Positions 50,201 through 57,583 of a stretch of DNA of 64,000 bases are shown here, piece after piece (the first letter of the stretch is position 1; the number at the start of each line of letters is the position of its first letter). The DNA lies in NCBI GenBank assembly GCA_965202985.1, contig CBDBCF010000002.1:576001-640000 (forward strand), read 5' to 3'. The notes under the pieces were generated by a model. It was given only the letters and a program-made list of their open reading frames with translations, did not search any database and was not told the DNA's origin. This DNA is from Longimicrobiales bacterium (GTDB taxonomy: Bacteria > Gemmatimonadota > Gemmatimonadetes > Longimicrobiales > Gaopeijiaceae). A program made the position numbers and the translations under genes.

Positions 50201-53200
50201 CGCTCAATCCGTCCGCGTCCACGTCCGCCGTCACCACCACGTAACGGAACACCAGCGACGCCGTGCCCGTCCCCGACGCATACGCCGCCTGTCGCGTCTG
50301 CGAACCGATCCCCAGCGCCAGCCGCGGCGTGCCCGTCACGTCCACCGCCTTGTTGAACCGCACCGTCGCAACAATCGTGTCGCCGCGCTCGAACGTCGTG
50401 CCCGTCGGCGGCGACGCCACCGTCAGGCCCGTCACGCCCGGCGGACCCAGCCCGCCGTTCACCTTGTGCGAAGCGTCGTTCGTCACCGCGCTCGTGCCCA
50501 GCCCCAGCGCAGCAGCAGCCGCGCCCGGACGCACGTCGGCGATCGTCCCGCCGCTCAACGTCAGCGCGCTCGCTGCGATGCTCAACCCGTCCGCGTCCAC
50601 GTCCGAAGGACGAACCGCGTAACCGAACACCAGCGTGTCCGCCTTGCTCGAAGCCGACTCGTAGCTCGCCTGACGAGCGACCGTCCCAATCGTCAGCGCC
50701 AGCCGCGGCGTGCCCGTCACCGCCACAGGCCGCCCGAACGCCACCTTCACCTCGATCGACTCGCCCAACTGGTACGTCTGACCGCTCGCCGGAGCGCTCG
50801 ACACCGTCACCGCAGTCACCGCCGGCGTCGTGAACGTCCCGCCCGCCACTTGGTGGCCGCCGCTGTTCGTCACCGCGCTCGCGCCCAGCCCCAACGTCGC
50901 GTCCAGCGTCCCGCCCGACAGACGGATCGTGCCGCCGCTCAACGTCAGCGCGCCCGCGCCGATGCTCAATCCGTCCGCGTCCGCGTCGCCCGACGCCACC
51001 ACGTACCGGAACAGCAACCCCGTCGTCCCCGAACCGCTCGCGTAGCTCGCCTGCCTCGTCGCGCTCCCGATCGTCAGCGCGAGCCGCGGCGTGCCCGTCA
51101 CATCCACCGCGCGGTTGAACTCCAGCTCGACCCCGATCGTCTCGCCACGCTCGAACACGTCGCCCACCACGGGAGAACCGATCGTCAGTCCCGTCACCCC
51201 CGGCGGTCCCAGGTTGCCGTCCACCTTGTGCGCCGCAGCGTTCGTAATCGCGTTCGCGCCCAAGCCCAGGCTCGCGTTCGTCGTGCCGCCCGCGATCCGG
51301 ATCGCGCCGCCGTTCAGCGCCAACGCGCTCGCGCCGATGCTGATCCCCGTCGAATCCGCGTCCGCAGCCGCCACCGTGTACTCGAACCTCAACGTCCGCG
51401 TGCCCGTACCCCCCGCGTAATACGCGAACCTGGACACGCTCCCGACGGTGATCAACACGTACGGCGTCCCGAGAGTTGTCGCCCCCGGCGTGCCCGTCAC
51501 GTCCACCGAACGCTCGAACTCCACCTCCACCTCGATCGCCTCCGTACGTCCGTACGTGCTGTCGCTCGCCGGCGCGCTCGATATCGCCACGCCGCTCACC
51601 CCAGGCGCCACCTCCTTCGTCCCGTCGACCTGGTACGCCACCGCGTCCGCGAAGTTCCACGGAACCAGCGACAGCCGAGCGTCCGTCGCCGTCCCCGTCG
51701 CGCGAATCGTCGCGCCGCCCGGCAGCGTCAGAGCGCTCGCACCGATGCTGATCCCCGTCGAGTCCGCGTCCGCAGCAACCACCGTGTAGCAGAACACCAA
51801 GATGACGCCGCCCGACGTGTCGCACAGCGCAGCGCTCCGCGTCTGCGCACCGATCCCCAAAGCCAGCCGCGGCGTGCCTGTCGCCGTCACGCCCGCGTTG
51901 AACCCCACCCCCACCCGAATCTGGTCGCCCAGTCCGAACACGCTGTCCGTGCTCGCGTAAGAAATCCCGGTGTTCGCCGCCGACATGAAGAACGCGCTCG
52001 TCACGTACGGTACGGCGCCCGAAACCTTGTGCGCCGATGCGTTCGAAAACACGTGCGACCCCAACGCCAGGTCCGCCGCGTCCGACCAGAGCCGACCGTC
52101 CACAAGCGTGTCCGCCGCGCTCACCGCCAAAGCGCCCGCACCCACGCTGATCCCGTCCGCGTCCGCGTCCGTCGCCTGTACCACGTACCGGAACGTCACA
52201 CGCGTGGACGTCGCGTCCCTGCGGTTGTACTCCGCCTGACGCGTCGAGTCGCCGACCTCCAACGCCAGACGCGGCGTCCCCCCAACGTACACGCCCCGCA
52301 CGAACTCCACCTCCACCTCGATCGCCTCGCCCCCCAAGTACGTGTCCCCAACCACAGGACTGCTCGTTATCCTCAACCCCTTCACCACCGGCGTCGTCCG
52401 CGTGTTGCCCGCCACCTTGTGCGCAGCACTGTTCGTCACCGCGTGAGCGCCCAAACCCAACGCCGCGTCCGTCGTCGTCCCCATCTGCCGGATCGTCGAC
52501 CCGGACGGAGTTTCCAGCGCGTTCGCGCCGATGCTGATCCCGTCCGCGTCCGCGTCCGTCTGGAACACCGTGTACTCGAACTCCAGCGACGTCGTCCCCG
52601 AACCCCTCGCGTAGAGCGCGTTCCGCAAACTCGACCCGATCCCGAGCCGAACCCGCGGCCTGTTTGCGCCTGTGGTGGGCGTCACCGTCACCGCCGCGTT
52701 GAACTCCACCGTCACGACCACCACGTCGCTCAACTCGAACGTGCTGTCCGCCGGAGCATCGCCGATCGACACGCCCGTCACACCCGGCGGCCCCAGATTG
52801 CCGTCCACCTTGTGCGCCGACGCGTTCGTGATCGCGTTCGTCCCCAACCCCAAGTTCGCGGTCGCCGTGCCGCCCGCGATCCGGATCGTCCCGCCGTTCA
52901 GCGCCAGTGCGCTCGCGCCGATGCTGACCCCCGTCGCGTCGCTGTCCGTCGGCGCAACCGTGTAGCGGAACCTCAAGGAGCGGGTTCCGGTGCCCGCCGC
53001 GTAGTCCGCCTGCCGCGTCTGCGTCCCGATCCCCAGCGCCACCTGCGGCGTCCCCGTCGCGTCCACCGGACGGTCGAAGTCGACCTTGACCTCGATCACG
53101 TCGCCCGTCGCGTACGTCGAGTCGGCGCCCGCGTCGCTGCTGATCGACACGCCGCTCACGTTCGGCGCCGCCTCCTTGGCGCCGTCAACCTGGAAAGCGA

Positions 53201-56072
53201 TGCTGTTCGTGATCTCGAATCCGGCCAGCGACACGTTCGCGTCCGTCGTCGTCCCCTGCCGCCGAATGTAGGCCCCCGACCCGGCAGGAAACGTCAGCGC
53301 GTTCGCGCCGATGCTGACCCCGGTCGAGTCCACGTCCGCCGCCACGACCGTGTAGCAGAAGAGCGCAAACCTAGCGGCGCGGGCGCACCCCGGGGCCTGC
53401 CGCGTCTGCGTCCCGATCCCCAGCGCCAGTTCCGCATGCCGCGTCTGCGTCGTCAGAATATCAACGTTCGTGTTGAACCCAACGGCCACCCAAATCTGGT
53501 CCCCAAGCCCGAACACGCTGTCCGTGCTCGCAAAGAACGTCTGCACCCCCTGCGGGTTCGTGAAAAACATGGTCGTCACGTAAGGCACGTCGCCCGTCAC
53601 CTTGTGCCCCGCCGCGTTCGAGATCGCGTTCGTCCCCAACCCCAAGTTCGCGGCCGTCGTGCCGCCCGCGATCCGGATCGTCCCGCCGTTCAGCGCCAAA
53701 GCGCTCGCGCCGATGCTGATGCCGTTCGCGTCCGCGTCCGCCACGACCACTGCATAGCGGAACGTCAAAGACCTGGTGCCCGAGCCCGCCGCGTAGCCCG
53801 CCTGCCGCGTCAGCGTGTCGATCCCCAGCGCCACCTGCGGCGTCCCCGTCACATCCACCGGACGGTCGAAGTCGACCTTGACCTCGATCGTGTTGCCTTC
53901 GGCGTACGCGCTGTCAGCGCCCGGGTCGCTGCTGATCGTCACGCCGCTCACGTTCGGCGCCACCTCCACCGTGCCGTCAACCTGGTAGGCCACATTGTTC
54001 GTGAACGTGTGGTCAGCCAGCGACACGTTCGCGTCCGTCGTCGTCCCCTGCCGCCGAATGTAGGCCCCCGACCCGGCAGGAAACGTCAGCGCGTTCGCGC
54101 CGATGCTGATCCCCGTCGAATCCCTGTCCGCCGCCACGACCGTATAGCAGAAGAACGCAAACCTGGGGTTCTGGCCGCACAGCGGGGCCTGCCGCGTCTG
54201 CGTCCCGATCCCCAGCGCCAGTTGCGCCTGCGTCTGCGTCGTCGACGCAATCCTAACGTTCGTGTTGAACCCAACGATCACGCGAACCACATCCCCCGAT
54301 CCGTAGACGCTGTCCGTGCCGGCATGGAATATCTGCACCCCCTGCGGGTTCGCGATAAAGATGGTCGTCACGTAGGGCACGTCGCCCGTCACCTTGTGCC
54401 CCGACGCGTTCGAGATCGCGTGGCTGCCCAAACCAAGGTTCGCGTTCGCCGATCCGCCCTTGAGCTCGATCGTCCCGCCGTTCAGCGCCAGCGCGCTCGC
54501 GCCGATGCTGATGCCGTCCGCGTCCGCGTCCGCCACGACCACTGCATAGCGAAACCTCAAAGACGTGGTGCCCGTGCCCGCCGCGTAGTCCGCCTGCCGC
54601 GTCTGCGTCCCGATCCCCAGCGCCACACGCGGCGTTCCCGTCACGTCCACCGGACGGTCGAAGTCGACCTTGACCTCGATCGTGTTCCCTTCGGCGTACG
54701 CGCTGTCAGCGCCCGGGTCGCTGGAAATCGTCACGCCGCTCACGTTCGGCGCCACCTCCTTCGTGCCGTCCACCTTGAAAGCGGCATTGTCCGTGTTGTC
54801 GTGCGCCGCCAGCGACAGGATGGCGTTCGTCGACGTGCCCTGCCGCCGGATCGCGCCCCCGGGTATCGTCAGCGCGTTCGCGCCGATGCTGATCCCGGTC
54901 GAGTCCCTGTCCGCCGCCACGACCGTGTAGTTGAAGAACAGTGAGCGGTTGTTAAACGCGTAGAAGGTCGCGGTTCTCGTATTCGCCCCGATTGTCAAGG
55001 CCAGCCGCGGCCACTGAGTGTGCCAGCTGATCTCCCTGTTGAACGTCACCCTCACCCTGATGACGTCCTCCAGCCCGAAGGTGCTGTCCGTCGCCGCCTG
55101 CGTGATGACAGCGCCGTGTTGGGCGAGGTAGTCCACGGCGGACACGATCGGCGGCGTCACCTTGGTGCCGTCGACTTGAAAGGCCACATTGTTCGTGACT
55201 GCGTGGTCCGCCAGCGACAGGTCAGCGTCCGTCGTCGTGCCCGCGGCCACGACCCGGGCTCCGCTAGGCAGCGTAAGCGCGTTCGCGCCGATGCTGATCC
55301 CGTCCGAGTCGCTGTCCGCCGCCACCACCGTGTAGCAGAAGATCAAAAAGGAGGTCACGTTGTTGCACAACGGCGCATTCCGCGTCTGCGACCCGATGTT
55401 CAGCGCCAGCTGCGGCGTTCCCGAGCCGCTTATGTTCCTGCTGAATCTGACGGCCACTCTGATCCGGTCGCCCACGCCGTAGATGCTGTCGCCCTGTTCG
55501 AGGTTCGCGTGGAGGATCTGGATTCCGCGGGTCGGATGGAGGAACCAAATGGACACCGCGGCGGGAACGTCGCCCTGCACCTTGTGGGCCGCCGCATTCG
55601 AGATCGCGTGGGCGCCCAGCCCCAGGTTCGCGGCCGTCGCGCCCCCCGCGATCTGGATCGTACCGCTGTTGAGCGCCAGTGCGCTCGCGCCGATGCTTAT
55701 CCCGTCCGCATCGACGTCCGTGGTCACTACCGTGTAGCGGAAAGTCAGCGTGCCCGTACCTGTCCCGCTTGCGTAGTTCGCCTGCCGCGTCGCCGCGCCG
55801 ATCGTCAGCGCCAGTTGCGGCGTGCCCGTCACGTCCACCGACTGGTCGAAACGAACTTCGACCGCGATCACATCGGTCGCCGCGTACGTCGAGTCGACGC
55901 CCGCGTTGCTGCTGATCGACACGCCGCTCACGTTCGGCGTCTGGGCGGTCGCGGCGACCGGCGACCCAGCGGCAACCAGCCCGGCGACCGCCAGCGGCAG
56001 GCCAAGAGCCGAAAGGAGCCTTCGCCCTACTAGAGCTGGCATGGCTCGCGGCCCAAGAGGCTCGCGGCTCAC
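41268..56072 (-). CDS. Giant repetitive autotransporter-like adhesin 2 (about 4934 aa), paralog of adhesin 1; probable true start ATG 56112 is frameshifted
   Basis: Signal peptide ..LLSALGLPLAVAGLVAAGSPVAATA-Q; 28 modules (about 55940-45060), 5 cadherin-like plus one Ig-like domain, barrel ending ..GRIVF. Region 41268-52020 is collinear with 11359-22190. Confidence 0.85.
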   Translation of the reverse strand: MSREPLGPRAMPALVGRRLLSALGLPLAVAGLVAAGSPVAATAQTPNVSGVSISSNAGVDSTYAATDVIAVEVRFDQSVDVTGTPQLALTIGAATRQANYASGTGTGTLTFRYTVVTTDVDADGISIGASALALNSGTIQIAGGATAANLGLGAHAISNAAAHKVQGDVPAAVSIWFLHPTRGIQILHANLEQGDSIYGVGDRIRVAVRFSRNISGSGTPQLALNIGSQTRNAPLCNNVTSFLIFCYTVVAADSDSDGISIGANALTLPSGARVVAAGTTTDADLSLADHAVTNNVAFQVDGTKVTPPIVSAVDYLAQHGAVITQAATDSTFGLEDVIRVRVTFNREISWHTQWPRLALTIGANTRTATFYAFNNRSLFFNYTVVAADRDSTGISIGANALTIPGGAIRRQGTSTNAILSLAAHDNTDNAAFKVDGTKEVAPNVSGVTISSDPGADSAYAEGNTIEVKVDFDRPVDVTGTPRVALGIGTQTRQADYAAGTGTTSLRFRYAVVVADADADGISIGASALALNGGTIELKGGSANANLGLGSHAISNASGHKVTGDVPYVTTIFIANPQGVQIFHAGTDSVYGSGDVVRVIVGFNTNVRIASTTQTQAQLALGIGTQTRQAPLCGQNPRFAFFCYTVVAADRDSTGISIGANALTFPAGSGAYIRRQGTTTDANVSLADHTFTNNVAYQVDGTVEVAPNVSGVTISSDPGADSAYAEGNTIEVKVDFDRPVDVTGTPQVALGIDTLTRQAGYAAGSGTRSLTFRYAVVVADADANGISIGASALALNGGTIRIAGGTTAANLGLGTNAISNAAGHKVTGDVPYVTTMFFTNPQGVQTFFASTDSVFGLGDQIWVAVGFNTNVDILTTQTRHAELALGIGTQTRQAPGCARAARFALFCYTVVAADVDSTGVSIGANALTFPAGSGAYIRRQGTTTDANVSLAGFEITNSIAFQVDGAKEAAPNVSGVSISSDAGADSTYATGDVIEVKVDFDRPVDATGTPQVALGIGTQTRQADYAAGTGTRSLRFRYTVAPTDSDATGVSIGASALALNGGTIRIAGGTATANLGLGTNAITNASAHKVDGNLGPPGVTGVSIGDAPADSTFELSDVVVVTVEFNAAVTVTPTTGANRPRVRLGIGSSLRNALYARGSGTTSLEFEYTVFQTDADADGISIGANALETPSGSTIRQMGTTTDAALGLGAHAVTNSAAHKVAGNTRTTPVVKGLRITSSPVVGDTYLGGEAIEVEVEFVRGVYVGGTPRLALEVGDSTRQAEYNRRDATSTRVTFRYVVQATDADADGISVGAGALAVSAADTLVDGRLWSDAADLALGSHVFSNASAHKVSGAVPYVTSAFFMSAANTGISYASTDSVFGLGDQIRVGVGFNAGVTATGTPRLALGIGAQTRSAALCDTSGGVILVFCYTVVAADADSTGISIGASALTLPGGATIRATGTATDARLSLVPWNFADAVAYQVDGTKEVAPGVSGVAISSAPASDSTYGRTEAIEVEVEFERSVDVTGTPGATTLGTPYVLITVGSVSRFAYYAGGTGTRTLRFEYTVAAADADSTGISIGASALALNGGAIRIAGGTTNASLGLGANAITNAAAHKVDGNLGPPGVTGLTIGSPVVGDVFERGETIGVELEFNRAVDVTGTPRLALTIGSATRQASYASGSGTTGLLFRYVVASGDADADGLSIGAGALTLSGGTIRLSGGTLDATLGLGASAVTNSGGHQVAGGTFTTPAVTAVTVSSAPASGQTYQLGESIEVKVAFGRPVAVTGTPRLALTIGTVARQASYESASSKADTLVFGYAVRPSDVDADGLSIAASALTLSGGTIADVRPGAAAAALGLGTSAVTNDASHKVNGGLGPPGVTGLTVASPPTGTTFERGDTIVATVRFNKAVDVTGTPRLALGIGSQTRQAAYASGTGTASLVFRYVVVTADVDADGLSVGASALALNGGTIDVAGGTTDALLSLEHQAFENFLVVNGGLFTASSVAGLSISSSPASDSTYGRTEQIEVEVTFDRNVAVTGAPQVALTIGSQTRQAAYASGSGTKTLTFQYTVVAADADANGLSIGTSALALNGGTIADARDASEAAGLGLGSNAISNAAAHKVDGAQGPPGVIGVVVGSPPVGDTFERGDAIEATVTFNRAVAVTGTPQLALGIGSQTRQASYASGSGTASLVFQYTVVQADVDADGLSIGTSALALNSGTIRLSGGTLDATLGLGTHAISNSTGHKVAGGTFTASSVSGVAISSSPSSGDTYGLGEQIEVEVTFVRPVNATGAPRVALTVGAATRQADYASGTGTKTLTFGYEVVAGDADANGIGIGTSALALNGGTINDARDGSTAASLGLGSSAISNAASHKVDGAQGPPGVTGLSIGSPEVGDTFERGETIEVKVAFNKSVAVTGTPQLALGIGSATKQASYAAGTGTDTLVFRYVVVTADADADGLSIGTSALALNGGTVRRSGATTDAVLSLRDHYVTDNGNYKVAGGTFTAAAVSGVTISSSPSSDSTYGRTEVIEVEVGFTRPVTVTGVPQLALTIGSQTRQASYASGSGTTALAFRYTVVAADADSTGIGIVASALALNGGTINDARGGTMAAGLGLGSSAISNAAAHKVDGSRGPPGVTSLSIGSPTVGDTFERGETIEVELVFNRAVDVTGVPRLALTIGSATRQAIYASGSGTDTLVFRYVVAAGDADSDGIGIAASALALSGGTIKVAGGTLDATLGLGTSAVTNSAGHKVAGGTFTTPAVSAVTISSAPASASTYQLGESIEVKVAFNRPVAVTGAPRLALTIGTTTRQAGYDAASSKADTLVFGYAIRPSDADTDGIGIGVSALALNGGGIADVRPGAAAAALGLGARAISNAASHKVNGSLGPPGVVGLAVAAPPVGNTFERGDTVVATVTFNKAVDVTGAPQLALSIGAQQVGAYASAATGTTSLEFRYVVISGDADTDGLSIRANALTLNGGTIDVAGGTTDALLSLAHHAISNAGGRRVAGGTFTAASVSAVTITSSPAGGGTYGLSEEIGVDVTFNRNVAVTGSPELALTIGSRTRQASYVATTGGRVLSFAYTVVAGDADGNGIGIGASALSLNGGTVADARDANEAASLGLGGHAVSNSGGHRVDGAQGPPGVSGVTIASPVVGDTFERGDTVVATVVFNKAVDVTGTPQLALGIGSTTKQASYASGTGTASLVFRYVVVTADADADGISIGASALALNGGTIDVAGGTVDAVLGLGAHAVTNSAGHKVAGSTFTAASVSGVSLTSSPAVATTYGRDERIEVQVTFNRRVAVTGTPRVALTVGAQTRQADYASGTGTRALTFRYVVVAADADTDGIEVGASALALNSGAIADARDGSTAAALGLGSHALSAAAGHKVDGTLAGASVTGVAVSSTPDSADTYGLGERIEVEVTFDRAVTVTGSPRLALTVGAVARQASYADGSGTATLSFAYRVQGAGSGGSGTGGVDADADGVGVAAAALTLNGGTIVNTADGVRPATLALGAQAIVAAAADKVDGTVEVAPVVVGVAVTSEPVATGLYGAGGVIRVEVTFSRPVDVAGASSSPALAASMTAANTAAARLAIDVGGTTRHARYVSGSGTTVLAFEYVVRPADRDPDGISIPADALAEAAGALRIAGGQAAAVLDLGAHAVTDLTDHAVNGAGSLDPVFGRLEYEFELAENVAGPLPVGEVVAASPLDAEVRYGLESGGEGLFEVDVSSGVVTYVGGGEDAEQRSEYVMLVVAVTDGVGEDEQLETTAKVTVKVVNENDEAPSFVEERWVFELAEDAAGPLVLGVLEAVDPDEGDTLTYALVAGDAERFELDGETGELRYVGGGEDYEGGAGPWVLEATATDLVGRTARTTATVVVADVNEAPAFADSAYAFELAENVAGPLVLGVVRATDPDRDDPPVYSLAEGDAERFEVDAVTGELRYVGAGEDAETGPESWAFEVRATDRGGIAASARVVVALLDRNEAPAFAAEVYEWEFEENVAGPLVLGAVEAADPDRADTLVYSLSGEGAALFEVDAATGEVRYAGAGEDYEAGPASWEFEVVATDGEGLAARAVATVALLDVNEAPAFADSAYAFELAENVAGPLTLGVVEATDPDRGDAPAYSLAEGDAARFEVDARTGEVRYVGSGEDYEAGPPMFALTVRATDAGGLTAEAGVSVTLLDVNEGPEAVGAMSPKTLEAYGDAVEEELGQYFRDPDGDALTYAVESSSPAVAAATVTGAGRLSIAPQAIGEAVVTVRASDPGGLSARQQVRVTVEASRSERARALELTLAAFGRSLGTETVDAIGGRLGLGSSGALGRSHVQLGGRSLACGAPGAGASGFADAANAADGQADDGESNSAAVGSGECGLESLVRGATGLLGLQIAVPGSADVAGGTVDLAALLFGDGRSGPGAGSAGGMAGMGGAYQGQQQADAGRADRTGGLTFNPVDALGLRSQSSFQLSFGGSDGSAAGDAASAASVSSQAAVRSGWTVWGQANLGEFEGRPDEGFAMDGRTRSAYLGLDYRFASGVLMGLAGSRSDMEAGFDSDVNGAGSVDARLTSLYPYLHWSSSGGFGVWGLAGAGRGDATLDESAGGRFDTDLEMRMGALGVRQELTGGLALKADAFAVRILSDEVAGLAGVTADAQRVRLAPEIGGQWQLGGGLAMRTRLEVGGRFDGGDAETGMGAEAGAEVGLAHQASGFSMTARGRALLVHQERDFKDWGAGFSLRLQPGGGGGEGESGLSFSVEPTWGDAGRGARTLWQGGADVWRTAGVAGFGAPGRVARPIGANVPASPEPAHNPGDPSAEGMSGANGDPAVGSQAGPGLPASSGLLAATSAPGWAPDRVAMEVGYGVLLSGGAQVKPFGRWSREGPTGHRVNIGTRWSLLGGETTGQLTESPGTRSPGLRLMMDLFGEHVASGVQPPERRIGLSGRIVF
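53070..54765 (-). repeat. 792-bp tandem duplication of module pairs in the adhesin 2 tip
   Basis: CGGTCGAAGTCGACCTTGACCTCGATC recurs at 53071, 53863 and 54655 (period 792 bp). Confidence 0.85.
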
Positions 56073-56083
56073 GCGGAGAAATC

Positions 56084-56107
56084 GGGGGGGGGGGGGGGGG
56101 GGGGGGG
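56084..56107 (-). repeat. C24 homopolymer (G24 on +) just after the upstream ATG of adhesin 2
   Basis: ATG AG(C)24 GATTTCTCCGCGTG...; ATG 56112 is 40 nt upstream of the in-frame GTG 56072, so it is out of frame by one base. Confidence 0.9.
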
Positions 56108-56398
56108 CTCATCTTTGGCCTAGTCCTAGTCCAGAAGTCCGATTCTGTTGACTGATTTGATCGACTGGGGATTGGACGGAATGTAACGTAAAGTGAGCCA
56201 GAACGCTCGGGTAGGCGCGGGCGTTGGGCGGGAGGTCCGCTCGACGACGCGCGCCCGGGCCGCCTCCCGGACCATGCAGCGCACGGCGTTCCTTGCCCCT
56301 CCGCTCCCGCCAGCGGTAGACTGCAAGCTCGGAACACCTGTCTCATCGCGGTGACCACACGCAACTTGCTCGCCCTTCGGCATCCGTGACGCGCTCAC

Positions 56399-57583
56399 TT
56401 GACCCGTAGTCGCCCCGCAGCTCCGCCCGCCTTCCGGGGCCACGAGGCCCTCCGCGCGTCCTTGCAGCGGGCGATGGCGGACGGCGTCTTGCCCGCCACC
56501 CTCTTGGTGCACGGCGGCCCCGGGTGCGGCAAGCAGTCCTTCGCCCTGTGGCTGGCCCGTGCGCGCTTGTGCACGGGCGAACCGTCCCCCTGCGACGAGT
56601 GCAAGAGCTGTCGCATGGCGCTTGGCCTGCAGCATCCGGACATCCACTGGTACTTCCCCCTGCCCCGCCCCAAGGGCGCTTCCGGTCCGGGCAAGCTGGC
56701 GGAGGCCCTGGAAGCCGCCCGTCACGAGAAGCTGGCGGAGTTCCGCGAGCAGCCGCTGCGGCCGGTCGGCGACGCGCAGGTGAAGGGCATCTACTTGGCC
56801 GCCGTGCTGTCGATGCGCCGTCGCGCCCACCAGCGGCCCGCCATGGGAGACGAGCAGTGCTTCGTGGTCGGGGACGCCGAGTACCTGGTTCCCCAGGAAG
56901 CGAGCCCGGAGGCGGCCAACGCCCTGCTCAAGCTGCTGGAGGAGCCGCCCGAGGGGAGCCGCTTCGTCCTGACTTCAAGCCGACCCGGCAGCCTGCTGGA
57001 CACGATCCGGTCGCGGGCGCTGCCCGTGCACCTTCCGCCGCTGCCCGACGCGGAGGTGGCGGCGTTCCTGGAAGCGGAGCGCGGGGTGTCCGCCCAGGTT
57101 GCGCAGCGGGCCGCGTCGCTCGCGCAGGGCTCCGTCGGGCTCGCGCTCGGCCACTTGGACGACGAAAGCGCGCAGTCGGACCAGCGGTCGCAGTCGCTGG
57201 GGCTGCTGAAGGCGGCCGTGTCCGGCAAGCGCGCCCAGTCCTATCAAGCCGCCTTGGAGTTCGGACCCGGGGGCGCCCGAGGGCTGACGGGCCTGCTGGG
57301 CGACTTGCAGCGGTGGATTCGCGACTTGGCCGCCGCCGGCTTGGGGCAGGACGACCGGGTCGTCAACGCCGACGAGATGCCCTTCCTGCAGGAGACGGCC
57401 CGGAGGCTGGGTCTGACGCCGGATCGCGCGGCCCGCGCCGTCGGCCAAGCGGAAGAGGCGCGGATGCTCGCCCTGGGCAACGTGAACCCACAGCTCCTCG
57501 TCTCCACGCTGCTTCTGGACTTGGAGGACACGCTGACCGCTGCGGGGGCGGGTCGGACGACTGCGGGAGCGCGCCGGTCGTGA
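56399..57583 (+). CDS. holB: DNA polymerase III subunit delta'
   Basis: HGGPGCGK, C..PCDECKSC zinc motif, HPD, ANALLKLLEEPP and LLDTIRSR. Confidence 0.92.
   Translation: MTRSRPAAPPAFRGHEALRASLQRAMADGVLPATLLVHGGPGCGKQSFALWLARARLCTGEPSPCDECKSCRMALGLQHPDIHWYFPLPRPKGASGPGKLAEALEAARHEKLAEFREQPLRPVGDAQVKGIYLAAVLSMRRRAHQRPAMGDEQCFVVGDAEYLVPQEASPEAANALLKLLEEPPEGSRFVLTSSRPGSLLDTIRSRALPVHLPPLPDAEVAAFLEAERGVSAQVAQRAASLAQGSVGLALGHLDDESAQSDQRSQSLGLLKAAVSGKRAQSYQAALEFGPGGARGLTGLLGDLQRWIRDLAAAGLGQDDRVVNADEMPFLQETARRLGLTPDRAARAVGQAEEARMLALGNVNPQLLVSTLLLDLEDTLTAAGAGRTTAGARRS

Noticed and set aside
45072..54944. 3290-aa plus-strand ORF (also 15262..21261, 21424..24984)
   Set aside because: Arg/His-rich antisense shadows of the repetitive GC-rich adhesin genes, with no protein-like features.
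52020..55940. Diversity-generating retroelement as the cause of tip variability
   Set aside because: No reverse transcriptase or template repeat in the window. Differences between duplicated modules are not adenine-restricted and Cys-loop lengths vary. A trans-acting element cannot be fully excluded.
55264..56364. 366-aa ORF spanning the C24 tract
   Set aside because: It is the out-of-frame reading from the adhesin 2 upstream ATG, not an independent gene.
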